Below, piece after piece: positions 1 to 12,504 of a DNA stretch of 64,000 nucleotides (the stretch's first letter is position 1; each line of letters starts with the position of its first letter). The notes beneath the pieces were generated by a model. It was not told the DNA's origin. It did no database searches and saw only the letters and a list, made by a program, of their open reading frames with translations. The position numbers were made by a program, and so were the translations under genes. This stretch comes from Vicinamibacteria bacterium (GTDB lineage Bacteria > Acidobacteriota > Vicinamibacteria > Vicinamibacterales > JAENWD01), in contig CAWDCH010000019.1 in NCBI GenBank assembly GCA_963800785.1, positions 234,088 to 298,087 on the forward strand. The letters run 5' to 3'.

Positions 1-487
1 ACCATCCCAGCGCCAGCTTCTCGGACGTGACCTCGGCATGGAAGTCGACAAAGATGATCCGCGTCCGCTCGGACATCGCGGCGACTTCGCGTTGGGCGGT
101 GCGGAACGGATCGTCGAGATTGGCCATGTGCACGCGGCCCATCACGTTCAGGACGCCGATGCTGCGCCCGTTCCGCGCCCGCGCGACGAAGCTGCCGCGG
201 CCGGGAGCGTCCGGATAGTTGGCTGGACGGAGCACGCGCGCTTCGACACCGAGATACTCGTAGATCTCCTTCTTGTCCCAGATGTGATTGCCGGAGGTGA
301 TGACGTCGACGCCTTGCGCGAGGAGCTGATCGCCGATCTCGCGCGTCAGTCCGTTGCCACCGGCAGCGTTCTCGCCGTTGGCGATGACGAAGTCGACATC
401 GTGGTGCGCCACGATGGCGTCGAGCCCCTGGCGGACAAGGTCACGACCTGGACGACCGAAGATGTCGCCGATGAAAAGCAACTTCAT
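1..487 (-). CDS. ymdB: YmdB/TIGR00282 family metallophosphoesterase (runs off window start)
   Basis: Manual translation from ATG at 487: MKLLFIGDIFGRPGR...ANGENAAGG...TSGNHIWD...RPANYP...VDFHAEVTSEK. ATGA overlap with the hsp20 stop. Absent from the ORF track because it is truncated. Confidence 0.9.
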   Translation of the reverse strand, partial: MKLLFIGDIFGRPGRDLVRQGLDAIVAHHDVDFVIANGENAAGGNGLTREIGDQLLAQGVDVITSGNHIWDKKEIYEYLGVEARVLRPANYPDAPGRGSFVARARNGRSIGVLNVMGRVHMANLDDPFRTAQREVAAMSERTRIIFVDFHAEVTSEKLALGW

Positions 488-957
488 GCGTTAGGCGTCA
501 GCGAACCGCCGGTGACCGGGACCTCGATGGCGCGGCCGCGGCGATCGGCCAGCTTCGGCAGCGTAATCCGCAGTTCACCGCCGGCGAGAGTCGCGCGCAC
601 CTTCGAGCCATCGAACGCGCCCACCAGCCGCACGGCACGAGCGAACCGACCCGACCCACGCTCCACCAGGTGGTACCCGCCAGCGCCCGCCCCCGGCGAA
701 TCGGCCCACTTTTCTCCCGCGATGAGCACGACGTTGCCTTTGATGAGCACCTTGACGCTGTTGGAGGGCACGCCCGGCAGATCCATCAGGATCTGCAGCG
801 TCTCGTCCGTTTCCAGCACGTCCAGAGGAGGGACGCAGTCGCCTGCGGCCGCTCCCCGGCCCGTTGACGTATGTCCCAGTTCCTGGAAGAGTCGGCGGAC
901 GTCCTCGGTCAGATCGCCTAGCTCTCCCGACAGCAGCACTCCCGGCCAGCCAACCAT
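484..957 (-). CDS. Hsp20/alpha-crystallin small heat-shock protein
   Basis: PPLDVLET...DLPGV...ERGSGRFARAVRL...A.LAGGELRITLPK alpha-crystallin signature; start uncertain. Confidence 0.85.
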   Translation of the reverse strand: MVGWPGVLLSGELGDLTEDVRRLFQELGHTSTGRGAAAGDCVPPLDVLETDETLQILMDLPGVPSNSVKVLIKGNVVLIAGEKWADSPGAGAGGYHLVERGSGRFARAVRLVGAFDGSKVRATLAGGELRITLPKLADRRGRAIEVPVTGGSLTPNA

Positions 958-1163
958 AAGGCTCTAAGGATCGCACAACAGGGCGAAACGAGTTACTCGG
1001 GTTTGATCGGGCTGGAACCGGGTTTCGGTGGGCTGGTCCGGTTGGCCGGGTTTCGCACGTCGGCCGGTCCCTGCGGCTACGCGAAGGCGCTCTAATGCCG
1101 AGCTCGGTTGGAAGGCGCGCGGTCCGGCTGGCTCTTCCCTGTTCGCCGGCAAAACCGGCTTGA

Positions 1164-1221
1164 TCTGAGTGCATATAACTAATAAAAACTTATTGACATA
1201 CACTCACTAAGCGGTTACGCT
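1164..1221 (+). promoter_or_regulatory. sigma70-type promoter of dnaK operon overlapped by two HAIR-like inverted repeats
   Basis: TTGACA (1193-1198), 17 bp, TACGCT (1216-1221). TCTGAGT-N7-ACTAATA (1164-1184) and ACTTATT-N7-ACTCACT (1188-1208) resemble the HspR operator CTTGAGT-N7-ACTCAAG. Confidence 0.6.
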
Positions 1222-1256
1222 GAGCAGACTTCGGAAATTGGGGAGGGTCTTAAGAG

Positions 1257-3155
<1,899 letters not shown>

Positions 3156-3160
3156 CTAAA

Positions 3161-3229
3161 TGGGTCGGGATGAATTTCAGGAACTGCGTACCACCGAGAG
3201 GTCGCAAAAACTGAAATCTATCCCGACCC
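3161..3229. repeat. Intergenic inverted repeat (hairpin) between dnaK and hsp20
   Basis: GGGTCGGGATGAATTTCAG ... CTGAAATCTATCCCGACCC arms. Confidence 0.75.
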
Positions 3230-3250
3230 CAATTATTGGGAGACATAATC

Positions 3251-3697
3251 ATGAACATCGTTCGATTCGATCCATTCCGTGATATGGCTGTTCTTCAGGA
3301 TCGCGTGAACCGCGTGTTCGGCGATCTGAGCCGACGATTTGACGACGACGTGGCGGCGCGCGGCGCGTGGGTGCCGGCGGTCGACATCTTCGAGAACGAC
3401 CAGCACGAGCTCGTACTCAAGGCAGAGCTGCCCGACCTGAAGCGTGAAGACATCGACATCCGCGTCGAGAACAGCACGCTAACGCTGAGCGGGCAGAAGA
3501 AAGCGGAAGAGGAAGTCAGCGAGGACCGCTATCACCGCATCGAGCGGACCTTCGGGCACTTCAGCCGCACCTTCTCGCTGCCGAACACGGTCGACACCGC
3601 GAAGATCGCCGCGGAATACAAGAACGGCGTTCTGACCGTGAAGCTGCCGAAGCGCGAAGACGCCCGTCCGAAGCAGATTCAGGTCCAAATCAACTAG
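3251..3697 (+). CDS. Hsp20 family small heat-shock protein
   Basis: MNIVRFDPF...WVPAVDIFE...ERTFGHFSRTFSLP...YKNGVLTVKLPK; SD GGGAGA before ATG 3251. Confidence 0.95.
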   Translation: MNIVRFDPFRDMAVLQDRVNRVFGDLSRRFDDDVAARGAWVPAVDIFENDQHELVLKAELPDLKREDIDIRVENSTLTLSGQKKAEEEVSEDRYHRIERTFGHFSRTFSLPNTVDTAKIAAEYKNGVLTVKLPKREDARPKQIQVQIN

Positions 3698-3738
3698 GTT
3701 GACGGCCGCGCGTTGTTGACTGAAGATGGGGGGTCGTA

Positions 3739-3772
3739 TCCGCTGCCATCCCGGCGGCGGGATGCCCTTTTT
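3739..3772 (+). terminator. Probable intrinsic terminator after hsp20
   Basis: ATCCGCTGCC/GGCGGCGGGAT stem followed by CCCTTTTT. Confidence 0.5.
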
Positions 3773-3778
3773 CGATTG

Positions 3779-3898
3779 GCGGACCTGAGATCCGCCCTGC
3801 ATGTCGATTGGCGGACCTGAAGGTCCGCCCGTACATGTGGGGCGGGGCTTTCGGCCAGCCTGTTTACGGCGTAGGTAGGGCGGGACTTTGGCCCGCCT
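3779..3898. repeat. Cluster of REP-like palindromes
   Basis: GGCGGACCTGAGATCCGCC, GGCGGACCTGAAGGTCCGCC, GTGGGGCGGGGCTTTCGGCCAGCC, GTAGGGCGGGACTTTGGCCCGCC. Confidence 0.75.
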
Positions 3899-3927
3899 GT
3901 TTTTCAACTGCAAGACGGAGGTCAGCT

Positions 3928-4239
3928 ATGAAGGTACGTCCTTTGCGCGATCGCGTGGTCCTGGAGCGGGTCGCCGAAGAAGAGCAGAAGATCGGCGGGA
4001 TCATCATTCCCGACACCGCCAAGGAAAAGCCGCAGCAGGGCAAGGTCATCGCCGTCGGCAACGGCCGCGTCAACGACAAGGGCGAAGTGCTGCCCCTGGA
4101 CGTGAAGGCCGGCGATACGGTGCTCTTCGGCAAGTACTCGGGCACCGAAATCAAGGTCGACGGCACGGAATATCTGATCGTGCGCGAGGACGAGATCCTC
4201 GGCGTCGTCGAGGGCGTCCGCGAGCTCGCGAGCGTCTAG
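3928..4239 (+). CDS. groES: Co-chaperonin GroES
   Basis: [11 protein letters not shown]...[22 protein letters not shown]...KYSGTE; SD GGAGG. Confidence 0.98.
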   Translation: MKVRPLRDRVVLERVAEEEQKIGGIIIPDTAKEKPQQGKVIAVGNGRVNDKGEVLPLDVKAGDTVLFGKYSGTEIKVDGTEYLIVREDEILGVVEGVRELASV

Positions 4240-4254
4240 CGTCGGCGGAGCTAA

Positions 4255-5985
<1,731 letters not shown>

Positions 5986-5989
5986 CGGT

Positions 5990-6080
5990 CAAGGGTCAGG
6001 GGGCAGGGGCAGGTTAAGGAACCTGACCCCTGCCCGGCCCCTGATTACGTGCCCCTGGCCCCTAGACCTGCCCCAGCCCA
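5990..6080. repeat. Heptamer-like (GGTCAGG/CCCCTGA) inverted tandem repeat
   Basis: GGGTCAGGGGGCAGGGGCAGG ... CCTGACCCCTGCCC..CCCCTGA..CCCCTGGCCCCTAGACCTG. Confidence 0.65.
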
Positions 6081-6105
6081 GTTCCTGTGTTACGCTTGTG
6101 AGCTT

Positions 6106-6369
6106 ATGGATGAAGTGAACGACGTCATCGAAACGGCGGACAACACCGAGGCCCGAGCCGCGGAAATCGTCGACCCGCCGTCGAGCCGTTTCCTGTTCGT
6201 CGACGTTGCCGCCTTGCGGGCCAAGCAGCTCCGCCGCGGCGCGCTGCCCCGGCTGGGCGCGAACGATGGCCACCAACCGGTGAAAGCAGAGCGGGTTGCC
6301 ATGGAAGAGACGCGGCGCGGGCTGGTCAGCTACGACCTTCCGGAATTCAAGGCACCCGTCGCCCACTAG
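6106..6369 (+). CDS. rpoZ: RNA polymerase omega subunit-like protein
   Basis: SRFLFVDVAALRAKQLRRGA.P...KAERVAMEETRRGLV matches the omega pattern (RF.LV..AA.RA.QL..G...K...A.EE...G). Confidence 0.75.
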   Translation: MDEVNDVIETADNTEARAAEIVDPPSSRFLFVDVAALRAKQLRRGALPRLGANDGHQPVKAERVAMEETRRGLVSYDLPEFKAPVAH

Positions 6370-6473
6370 GGACTCGGCCGCACGCGGTAAGCCTGTGCAG
6401 GCATTGAGGGCGCACGTAGTGCGCCCTACCTGAAACTTTTCGTTCCGGGCGCACGTAACTGGCCAGTACGACC

Positions 6474-6812
6474 GTGCTGGCAATCCTTTCCCTGGTCTTC
6501 ATGGCACTAATCGTGGCGGCCGTCGTGTCGGTCGCCGCCATGGTCGTGCGCGCCGCCTTCTGGGCGATCCTGCTCCCGTTCAAGCTTCTGTTCGCTGTGC
6601 TCTTCGTGCCGTTCTGGATCGCGAAGACGGTGCTGCGCCTGGCTTTCGGGGTGGTCTTGCTGCCTGTGCTCCTGTTTGGCGGGATTCTGCTGGCCGTCAT
6701 CGCGGCCTTTGCTGCAGTCGTGGCCATCATCACGCCGCTCCTACCGTTCGCGATCGTCGCGTTCCTCCTCTGGGTCGTCCTGCGCAGCTTCGCCCGGCCG
6801 ATCACCGCCTAG
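6474..6812 (+). CDS. Small hydrophobic membrane protein, unknown function
   Basis: 112 aa, almost entirely hydrophobic with periodic Pro; GC-typical codon usage. Confidence 0.7.
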   Translation: MLAILSLVFMALIVAAVVSVAAMVVRAAFWAILLPFKLLFAVLFVPFWIAKTVLRLAFGVVLLPVLLFGGILLAVIAAFAAVVAIITPLLPFAIVAFLLWVVLRSFARPITA

Positions 6813-6846
6813 TCGGGAACATAGGGACACAGGGGGCCCTGACCCC

Positions 6847-8325
6847 TCATGTCCCCGTGCCCTCATCTGCCCTCGAAGGTCGCCGCTTCCACCAGTCGGT
6901 CGCGCGCTCGTAGGCGTCCGCCACCTTCAGCAACGTCGATTCATCGAAGGCTCGGCCGGTGAGCTGCAGGCCAAGCGGCAGACACTGCTTGGTGAAACCG
7001 CACGGGATGCTGATCGCCGGCAGACCGGACAGGTTCGCGCTCACCGTGAAGACGTCTGCCAGGTACATCTGAAGTGGATCGTCCGTCTTCTCGCCGAGCC
7101 GGAACGGCGGCGTCGGGCTCGTGGGCATCGCGACGACGTCGACGCCGGAGAACGCGCGCTCGTAGTCCTGACGAATCAGCGTGCGCACCTGCTGCGCCTT
7201 CAAGTAATACGCGTCGTAATATCCCGCGCTGAGCACGTACGTCCCGAGCATGATGCGGCGCTTCACTTCTGGACCGAACGCCTCGTCTCGAGTTCGGAAG
7301 TACATCGACTGCAGCGTTCGCGGCTCGGACGCGCGATAGCCGTATCGAACCCCGTCGTAGCGTGCCAGGTTCGAGCTCGCTTCGGCGGTCGCCACCAGGT
7401 AGTACACGGGAATCGCATGGCCCGCATGCGGCAGCTCGACATCGATGAGCGTGGCCCCGATGGTCGAGAGCACGCGAAGCGCCTCGTCGAACGCTGTCAG
7501 CACTTCCTGATCGACGCCGCCGCCGAGGAGCGATCGCGGAACGCCTACTCGCAAACCTGAAACATTTCCCGGGAGCGCGGCCGCGTAGTCGTGAACCGGC
7601 TGTGAGGCGGCCGTCGCATCGCGCGCGTCGGGTCCCGCCAGCACAGCCAGCATCGTTGCGGCGTCGGCGGCCGTTCGCGTGAAGGGACCAATCTGATCGA
7701 GCGACGATGCGAACGCGATCAGGCCATAGCGCGATACACGACCGTAGGTCGGCTTCAGCCCAACGACCCCGCAGAGGGCAGCGGGCTGACGGATGGACCC
7801 GCCGGTGTCGGAGCCGAGCGCCGCGGGCACGAGCCCGGCGGCGACGGCCACCGCGGAGCCACCGCTCGAGCCGCCCGGCGTGCGATCGCGGTCCCATGGG
7901 TTTCGAACCGGTCCGAACGCCGAGTTCTCGTTTGACGAGCCCATCGCGAACTCATCGCAGTTGGTCTTGCCGACCACGATCGCACCCGCCGCATGAAGGC
8001 GCTCGACCACGGTCGCGTCGTATGGCGGCACATAGTGCTCGAGCATGCGGGACGACGCCGTCGTGACCACGTCGCGCGTGCACAGGTTGTCCTTCAGCGC
8101 AATCGGGACGCCGTGCAAGCGGCCACGCTCGGCAGGCGGTACGCGGTCGAGCTCCGCTGCCCGCGCCAGCGCGCGATCCTTCGTTACGGTGTTGAACGCA
8201 TGGAGCGCGGCATCCCGCGCGTCGATGGCCTCGAAGGAGGCAGCGCACGCTTCCACTGCCGAGATGTGTCCCGAGGCCACGGCGTCTCGTACGCCGCGGA
8301 CCGTGGAAAGATCGGGCGCTGCCAT
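6847..8325 (-). CDS. gatA: Asp/Glu-tRNA amidotransferase subunit A
   Basis: [50 protein letters not shown]. Confidence 0.98.
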   Translation of the reverse strand: MAAPDLSTVRGVRDAVASGHISAVEACAASFEAIDARDAALHAFNTVTKDRALARAAELDRVPPAERGRLHGVPIALKDNLCTRDVVTTASSRMLEHYVPPYDATVVERLHAAGAIVVGKTNCDEFAMGSSNENSAFGPVRNPWDRDRTPGGSSGGSAVAVAAGLVPAALGSDTGGSIRQPAALCGVVGLKPTYGRVSRYGLIAFASSLDQIGPFTRTAADAATMLAVLAGPDARDATAASQPVHDYAAALPGNVSGLRVGVPRSLLGGGVDQEVLTAFDEALRVLSTIGATLIDVELPHAGHAIPVYYLVATAEASSNLARYDGVRYGYRASEPRTLQSMYFRTRDEAFGPEVKRRIMLGTYVLSAGYYDAYYLKAQQVRTLIRQDYERAFSGVDVVAMPTSPTPPFRLGEKTDDPLQMYLADVFTVSANLSGLPAISIPCGFTKQCLPLGLQLTGRAFDESTLLKVADAYERATDWWKRRPSRADEGTGT

Positions 8326-8624
8326 CAGCCGATGACTCGGGGAACGCGGAAGAACCCGGCGTCGGGCGCTGCGTCGGGCGCCTGGCTCAGGACGACGTCA
8401 CGATCCAGTCCCGGCCGGATCTCGTCGTCGCGCTCGATCGGCGCGCCGGCGAGGACGTGCGACGTCGGCGGTACACCGCTCGTGTCGATGGCCTGGATCT
8501 GCTGCGCGTACCGCAGAATGTCGCCGAGCTGGCGCGTAAACATCTCGATTTCGTCGTCCGTCAGCGCCAGATGTGCAAGCCTGGCGATCCGCTCGACTTC
8601 GGCGCGCGTCAGCTCTTCGGCCAT
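8325..8624 (-). CDS. gatC: Asp/Glu-tRNA amidotransferase subunit C
   Basis: [11 protein letters not shown]...[10 protein letters not shown]...R.D...FFRVPRVI; directly upstream of gatA. Confidence 0.95.
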   Translation of the reverse strand: MAEELTRAEVERIARLAHLALTDDEIEMFTRQLGDILRYAQQIQAIDTSGVPPTSHVLAGAPIERDDEIRPGLDRDVVLSQAPDAAPDAGFFRVPRVIG

Positions 8625-8658
8625 TGCTCGTGATGCTAGCATAGGCCTCGCACTCCCC

Positions 8659-9507
8659 ATGACCGGCGGTTCTTCTCCACTGCGCCGGCTCGCGTTTGCC
8701 GGGCGCTGGTACGCTGGCGATCCCAATCGGCTTGCCGAGGAAGTCGATACTCTGCTCGCGGTGGCGTCGCCTCCGACGATGACGGCGTGCGCGGTCGTGT
8801 CCCCGCATGCCGGCCTGCAATACTCAGGACCGGTTGCGGCCTGGAGCTATCGGGCGCTGAGCCAGCGAAAGTGCGAGGTTGTGGTGCTCATCGGTCCGTC
8901 GCACCGCGTGGCGTTTCCGGGCTGCGCGATGCTGGGGCGCGGAGCGGTTGAAACGCCGTGGCAGCCGTTGCCCATCGACACGGACTTCGCGAAAGCGCTC
9001 GCCGCAGAAACGCCCTACCTTCGTGAGACGGGCGAGCAGATCCACGCGGCGGAGCACTCGCTCGAGCTGCAGCTCCCGTTCCTGGCGCGAGTGCTGCCAG
9101 GTATCCCGGTTGTGCCGATCCTGATGGGGGCGCAGACGCGAAGCGTTGCCTTTGCCGTTGGCGACGCGATCGCGAACGCCGCGCGCGGCAGGGACATCGC
9201 GCTTGTCGCCAGCAGCGACCTGTCTCACTACCATGATGCGGTGACGGCCGGCGCCCTCGACGCGGAAGTGCTCGACGCCCTCGATCGGTGCGATCCGTCC
9301 CTTCTCATGGATCGCCTCGAGCGAAATCCACACCACGCCTGCGGCGGAGGTCCGATGGTGTCCGTTCTGCACGCGGCGGCTCGCCTCGGTGCGGCCAGGG
9401 GAGGCGTTCTCAAGTACGCCGACTCGGGCGACGTGACGGGCGACAAGTCTCAGGTGGTCGGCTACGTCGCGGCCGCCTACGCCGAGCCGGATCGACATGC
9501 TTCCTGA
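8659..9507 (+). CDS. amrB: AmmeMemoRadiSam protein B (MEMO1 family)
   Basis: AGRWY, PHAGLQYSG, GPSH, EHSLELQLPFL, SSDLSHY, CGGGP, VVGY; start at ATG 8659. Confidence 0.92.
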   Translation: MTGGSSPLRRLAFAGRWYAGDPNRLAEEVDTLLAVASPPTMTACAVVSPHAGLQYSGPVAAWSYRALSQRKCEVVVLIGPSHRVAFPGCAMLGRGAVETPWQPLPIDTDFAKALAAETPYLRETGEQIHAAEHSLELQLPFLARVLPGIPVVPILMGAQTRSVAFAVGDAIANAARGRDIALVASSDLSHYHDAVTAGALDAEVLDALDRCDPSLLMDRLERNPHHACGGGPMVSVLHAAARLGAARGGVLKYADSGDVTGDKSQVVGYVAAAYAEPDRHAS

Positions 9508-10039
9508 CAGCGATCGGACGGCCATGATCGCCCTCGCCCGGGACGCGGTGACCTGCGCAGTCCTGGGTGGTCCGGCTCCGGATCCTCCGGCAATCGACGT
9601 CTTCAAGCGCGTGGCTGGCGCGTTCGTGACGCTCACGACGCACGGCGAGCTACGCGGCTGCATCGGTCAGGTGGAGCCGCGCGATCCAATTGGCGCGGTC
9701 ATCGTGCACTGCGCTGCGGCGGCGGCCCTCGAGGATCCGCGGTTCCCTCCCGTCTCGCCAATCGAGCTGCCGTCGCTCTGCATCGAAGTCTCGGTGCTCA
9801 CGCCGGCTGAGGAAGTCGTCGACGTCGAACGCATCGTCGTCGGCCGCCACGGGTTGATCGTTACTCACAATGGCTGTCGCGGACTGTTGCTTCCGCAGGT
9901 TGCGACGGAACATGGGTGGACGCGTGATCAGTTTCTGATGCACACGTGTCGGAAGGCGGGGTTGGCGAAGGATGCGTGGCAGCGCGGGGCGCGGATCTAT
10001 TGCTTCGAGGCGGAGGTATTTGGGGAACGAGGCGAGTAA
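9497..10039 (+). CDS. amrA: AmmeMemoRadiSam protein A (AMMECR1 family)
   Basis: GAFVTL, LRGCIG, DPRFPPV, GLLLPQV, CRKAGL. Confidence 0.95.
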   Translation: MLPDSDRTAMIALARDAVTCAVLGGPAPDPPAIDVFKRVAGAFVTLTTHGELRGCIGQVEPRDPIGAVIVHCAAAAALEDPRFPPVSPIELPSLCIEVSVLTPAEEVVDVERIVVGRHGLIVTHNGCRGLLLPQVATEHGWTRDQFLMHTCRKAGLAKDAWQRGARIYCFEAEVFGERGE

Positions 10040-10062
10040 TAACGCCCAGACGACATTCGCGT

Positions 10063-11121
10063 CTATTGCCCCAACCGTTCTGCGAGCACTTTTCCGTCAG
10101 CCGAAAGCACGATCGTCGTCACGAACGGCGGACGCATCTCGGGATCGCGACGGAACTGAAACGGCCCGCCGACGAAGCGGACGTCGATCAGTCGGACCTG
10201 GTGCGAGCCATCCCGTAGAACGGTCGACCGCCGCGCGGGCATGCGCGAGAACCTGAGGAATACCTGCGCGGTCGTCGTTCGCTCGGCCGCCGAGATCCAC
10301 TGGTCACTCTCGTTCGCAACCCACAACCGATCGTCGTCGGCCAGGCCTGGGAACGAGAGCTGTCGCAACTCGTAGCCCTCGCGGTATTGCCGAATCAGTT
10401 GCCAGCGCAGCGGCGACAAGAACGTCGGCAGTGCCGCCGCCTGCAGACACTGTCCGGGCTGAACAGGCGCGGTTTCGAGGATCGTGGGGTGTCGTGTCAG
10501 CGTCGGCGCGGTCACGCAAGACTCTCGAGTGCCATCAGCTCGTGCCGTCGCGGCCCGGGCCAGCGCATGGTGATGCGCATACGCGCGTCCGCCGTAGAAG
10601 AGCACCGCGAGCGCCAGGACCGTGCGCGCGATGGCCACCCCGGTCGTAGGCCATCGTCGAGTCGCCGCGATCCCGCCGATGAGCAGTCCCCACAGATACA
10701 CGTCAACGATCGGCAGCCAGTCGAACGCGAACCATGTCTCGCTGAACGGGCTGAGGATCCGCGTGCCGTAGGAGGTCGGCAGATCCATCAGTACGTGAAG
10801 CACGGTTCCTGCGAGCGCCACCCACATCAGCGACTTGAGCGATCCCCTTCGCTCCGGGTCCATCATGCCCGAGCCAATCCGCTGTCCGAGGGCGACGACG
10901 ATCGCCGTCCCGATCGCGAGCAGCAGCATTCCGAGAATGCCGTGCGTCGGTCCCCGGTGGGCGTCGAGATAGGACACGGCGCCGCCGGTGATGGCGGTGA
11001 CGATGTCGAGATCCGGCGCGTTTGACGCGATGATCATCGCCGGCAGGGCGCCCGACGTGCGCTTGCCCAGCCCGGCGCGCACGAGCGTGAGGCCGACGAG
11101 CGTGTGAGTAAGATTGTCCAA
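10063..11121 (-). CDS. Membrane-bound metal-dependent hydrolase (YdjM-like)
   Basis: MDNLTH, PDLD, HRGPTH, HVLMDLPTSYG motifs with TM segments. Confidence 0.85.
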   Translation of the reverse strand: MDNLTHTLVGLTLVRAGLGKRTSGALPAMIIASNAPDLDIVTAITGGAVSYLDAHRGPTHGILGMLLLAIGTAIVVALGQRIGSGMMDPERRGSLKSLMWVALAGTVLHVLMDLPTSYGTRILSPFSETWFAFDWLPIVDVYLWGLLIGGIAATRRWPTTGVAIARTVLALAVLFYGGRAYAHHHALARAATARADGTRESCVTAPTLTRHPTILETAPVQPGQCLQAAALPTFLSPLRWQLIRQYREGYELRQLSFPGLADDDRLWVANESDQWISAAERTTTAQVFLRFSRMPARRSTVLRDGSHQVRLIDVRFVGGPFQFRRDPEMRPPFVTTIVLSADGKVLAERLGQ

Positions 11122-11135
11122 GCGTTTTGACTGCT

Positions 11136-11735
11136 CTACGGAATGACCTTCATCCGGGTTCGATCGGCGGGAACCTCGATACCCGAGAGCACGATGGCGT
11201 CCTTGCCCGGTCGGGCGATTCGCACATCGTAGGTATCGGCTGGCAGCACGAGCAGCAAGTACCCGAGTCCGGCGATGACACGCGCCGGAGTCGGCCGCGG
11301 CTCACCGGCCTTCGACACCGTGACGGCAACGCCAGCGGGATCCGGCGCCTGCCCATCGGGCCACTTCAGTTGCAACGCGCCGAACGAATTCGTGAAGTTG
11401 ATCACCTCGAGGTGCCGGCCGCCCTCGTCGGGGTAGGGCATGATGACGAGCCGTTCGGCCCACCGAATCCCTACCACCTGACCGCTCTCCTGGCGTACGG
11501 CCTGCACGTCGTAGATGCCGGGCGGCAGATCCAGCCGCAGCTCGGTACCTTCGACGACCCGTCCATTTTCAGTCGAGCCTGAAGGCCGGACTCGCAGCCG
11601 CGTGTTCGTCGTCACTTCGCGCGCGCCTTCGAACACGCGGAACTCCGTACGAATCGGAGCCGCCGGCTGCGCGCTCTGCGACGCAGGCGCGGCGGTGTTG
11701 AGGAGGACCGCGATGAAAAATGCGGCGACGACCAC
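11136..11735 (-). CDS. Secreted hypothetical protein with two small beta-sandwich-like repeats
   Basis: Signal peptide; LPPGIYDVQA and LPADTYDVRI repeats; TATAAT 6 nt before GTG 11735. Confidence 0.65.
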   Translation of the reverse strand: MVVAAFFIAVLLNTAAPASQSAQPAAPIRTEFRVFEGAREVTTNTRLRVRPSGSTENGRVVEGTELRLDLPPGIYDVQAVRQESGQVVGIRWAERLVIMPYPDEGGRHLEVINFTNSFGALQLKWPDGQAPDPAGVAVTVSKAGEPRPTPARVIAGLGYLLLVLPADTYDVRIARPGKDAIVLSGIEVPADRTRMKVIP

Positions 11736-11797
11736 GCGCGGATTATAGCAACCGCCCGGCGCCACCAAAGAGCTGTGCTATCGTACGACGACGGGGC

Positions 11798-12484
11798 ATG
11801 GACGTGTTCCTCATTCCGGTCGGACCGGACCGGTACGAGTTGTATTGCGAAATCCCCGAAGAGGATCCGTCCGGCGAGACGCCCGAACACGATCGCGGCT
11901 TCTTTCGCGGACTCGTGCAGCGTTTCCGCGAGACGCTCGCGGCGATCGAGCGCGAACGTCACGAGGACACCGCATCCGAGCCGCCGCGCGGACTGATTCA
12001 GCGCGTCAAAGCGCGCGTCAAGCGCACCATCGCAGAGACGGTCGCGGAGCAGCGCCTGCTCTGGCACATGCGCCGTCTCTCACGCGCGACCGCAGTGCAC
12101 CCTTCGGATCTCGAAGAGTCGCGGGTCATGCCCGTCGTCAACGGTAATATGAAGTCCGACTACGAGAAGCACCGATGGTGGCTCGTGATCAACACCCTGC
12201 TATTCCTGCTCTCGGGTCTGTTGACCCTCGTACCCGGCCCCAACGTGATTGCGTACTACTTCGCATTTCGTCTGGTCGGACACTTCCTCTCGATGCGTGG
12301 CGCGCGTCAGGCTCTCGACGGTATCGAATGGCGGACGCGCTCGAGCGCCGCGCTGGCGCGGCTTCGCTCGCTGATCAACGCCGACGGCAACGAGCGGCGA
12401 GCGGAGGTCGAAGCCATCGCTGCGGAGCTGCAGCTCGAACAGCTGCCACGCTTCTTCGATCGCGTGGCCTGTCCGACCGCGTGA
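11798..12484 (+). CDS. Hypothetical membrane protein resembling the mitochondrial K+/H+ exchange-related family (Mit_KHE1)
   Basis: LLTLVPGPNVIAYYFAFRLVGHFLSMRGA motif after a TM helix. Confidence 0.6.
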   Translation: MDVFLIPVGPDRYELYCEIPEEDPSGETPEHDRGFFRGLVQRFRETLAAIERERHEDTASEPPRGLIQRVKARVKRTIAETVAEQRLLWHMRRLSRATAVHPSDLEESRVMPVVNGNMKSDYEKHRWWLVINTLLFLLSGLLTLVPGPNVIAYYFAFRLVGHFLSMRGARQALDGIEWRTRSSAALARLRSLINADGNERRAEVEAIAAELQLEQLPRFFDRVACPTA

Positions 12485-12504
12485 TATAGTCACGCGCCAC
12501 GCTC

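Noticed and set aside
998-1056. Imperfect ~21-bp direct repeat CGGGTTT...GGGCTGG upstream of hsp20
   Set aside because: Two degenerate copies in GC-rich DNA are not distinguishable from chance.
1161-1180. CIRCE element at dnaK
   Set aside because: Only a GAGTGC half-site; the left arm TTAGCACTC is absent.
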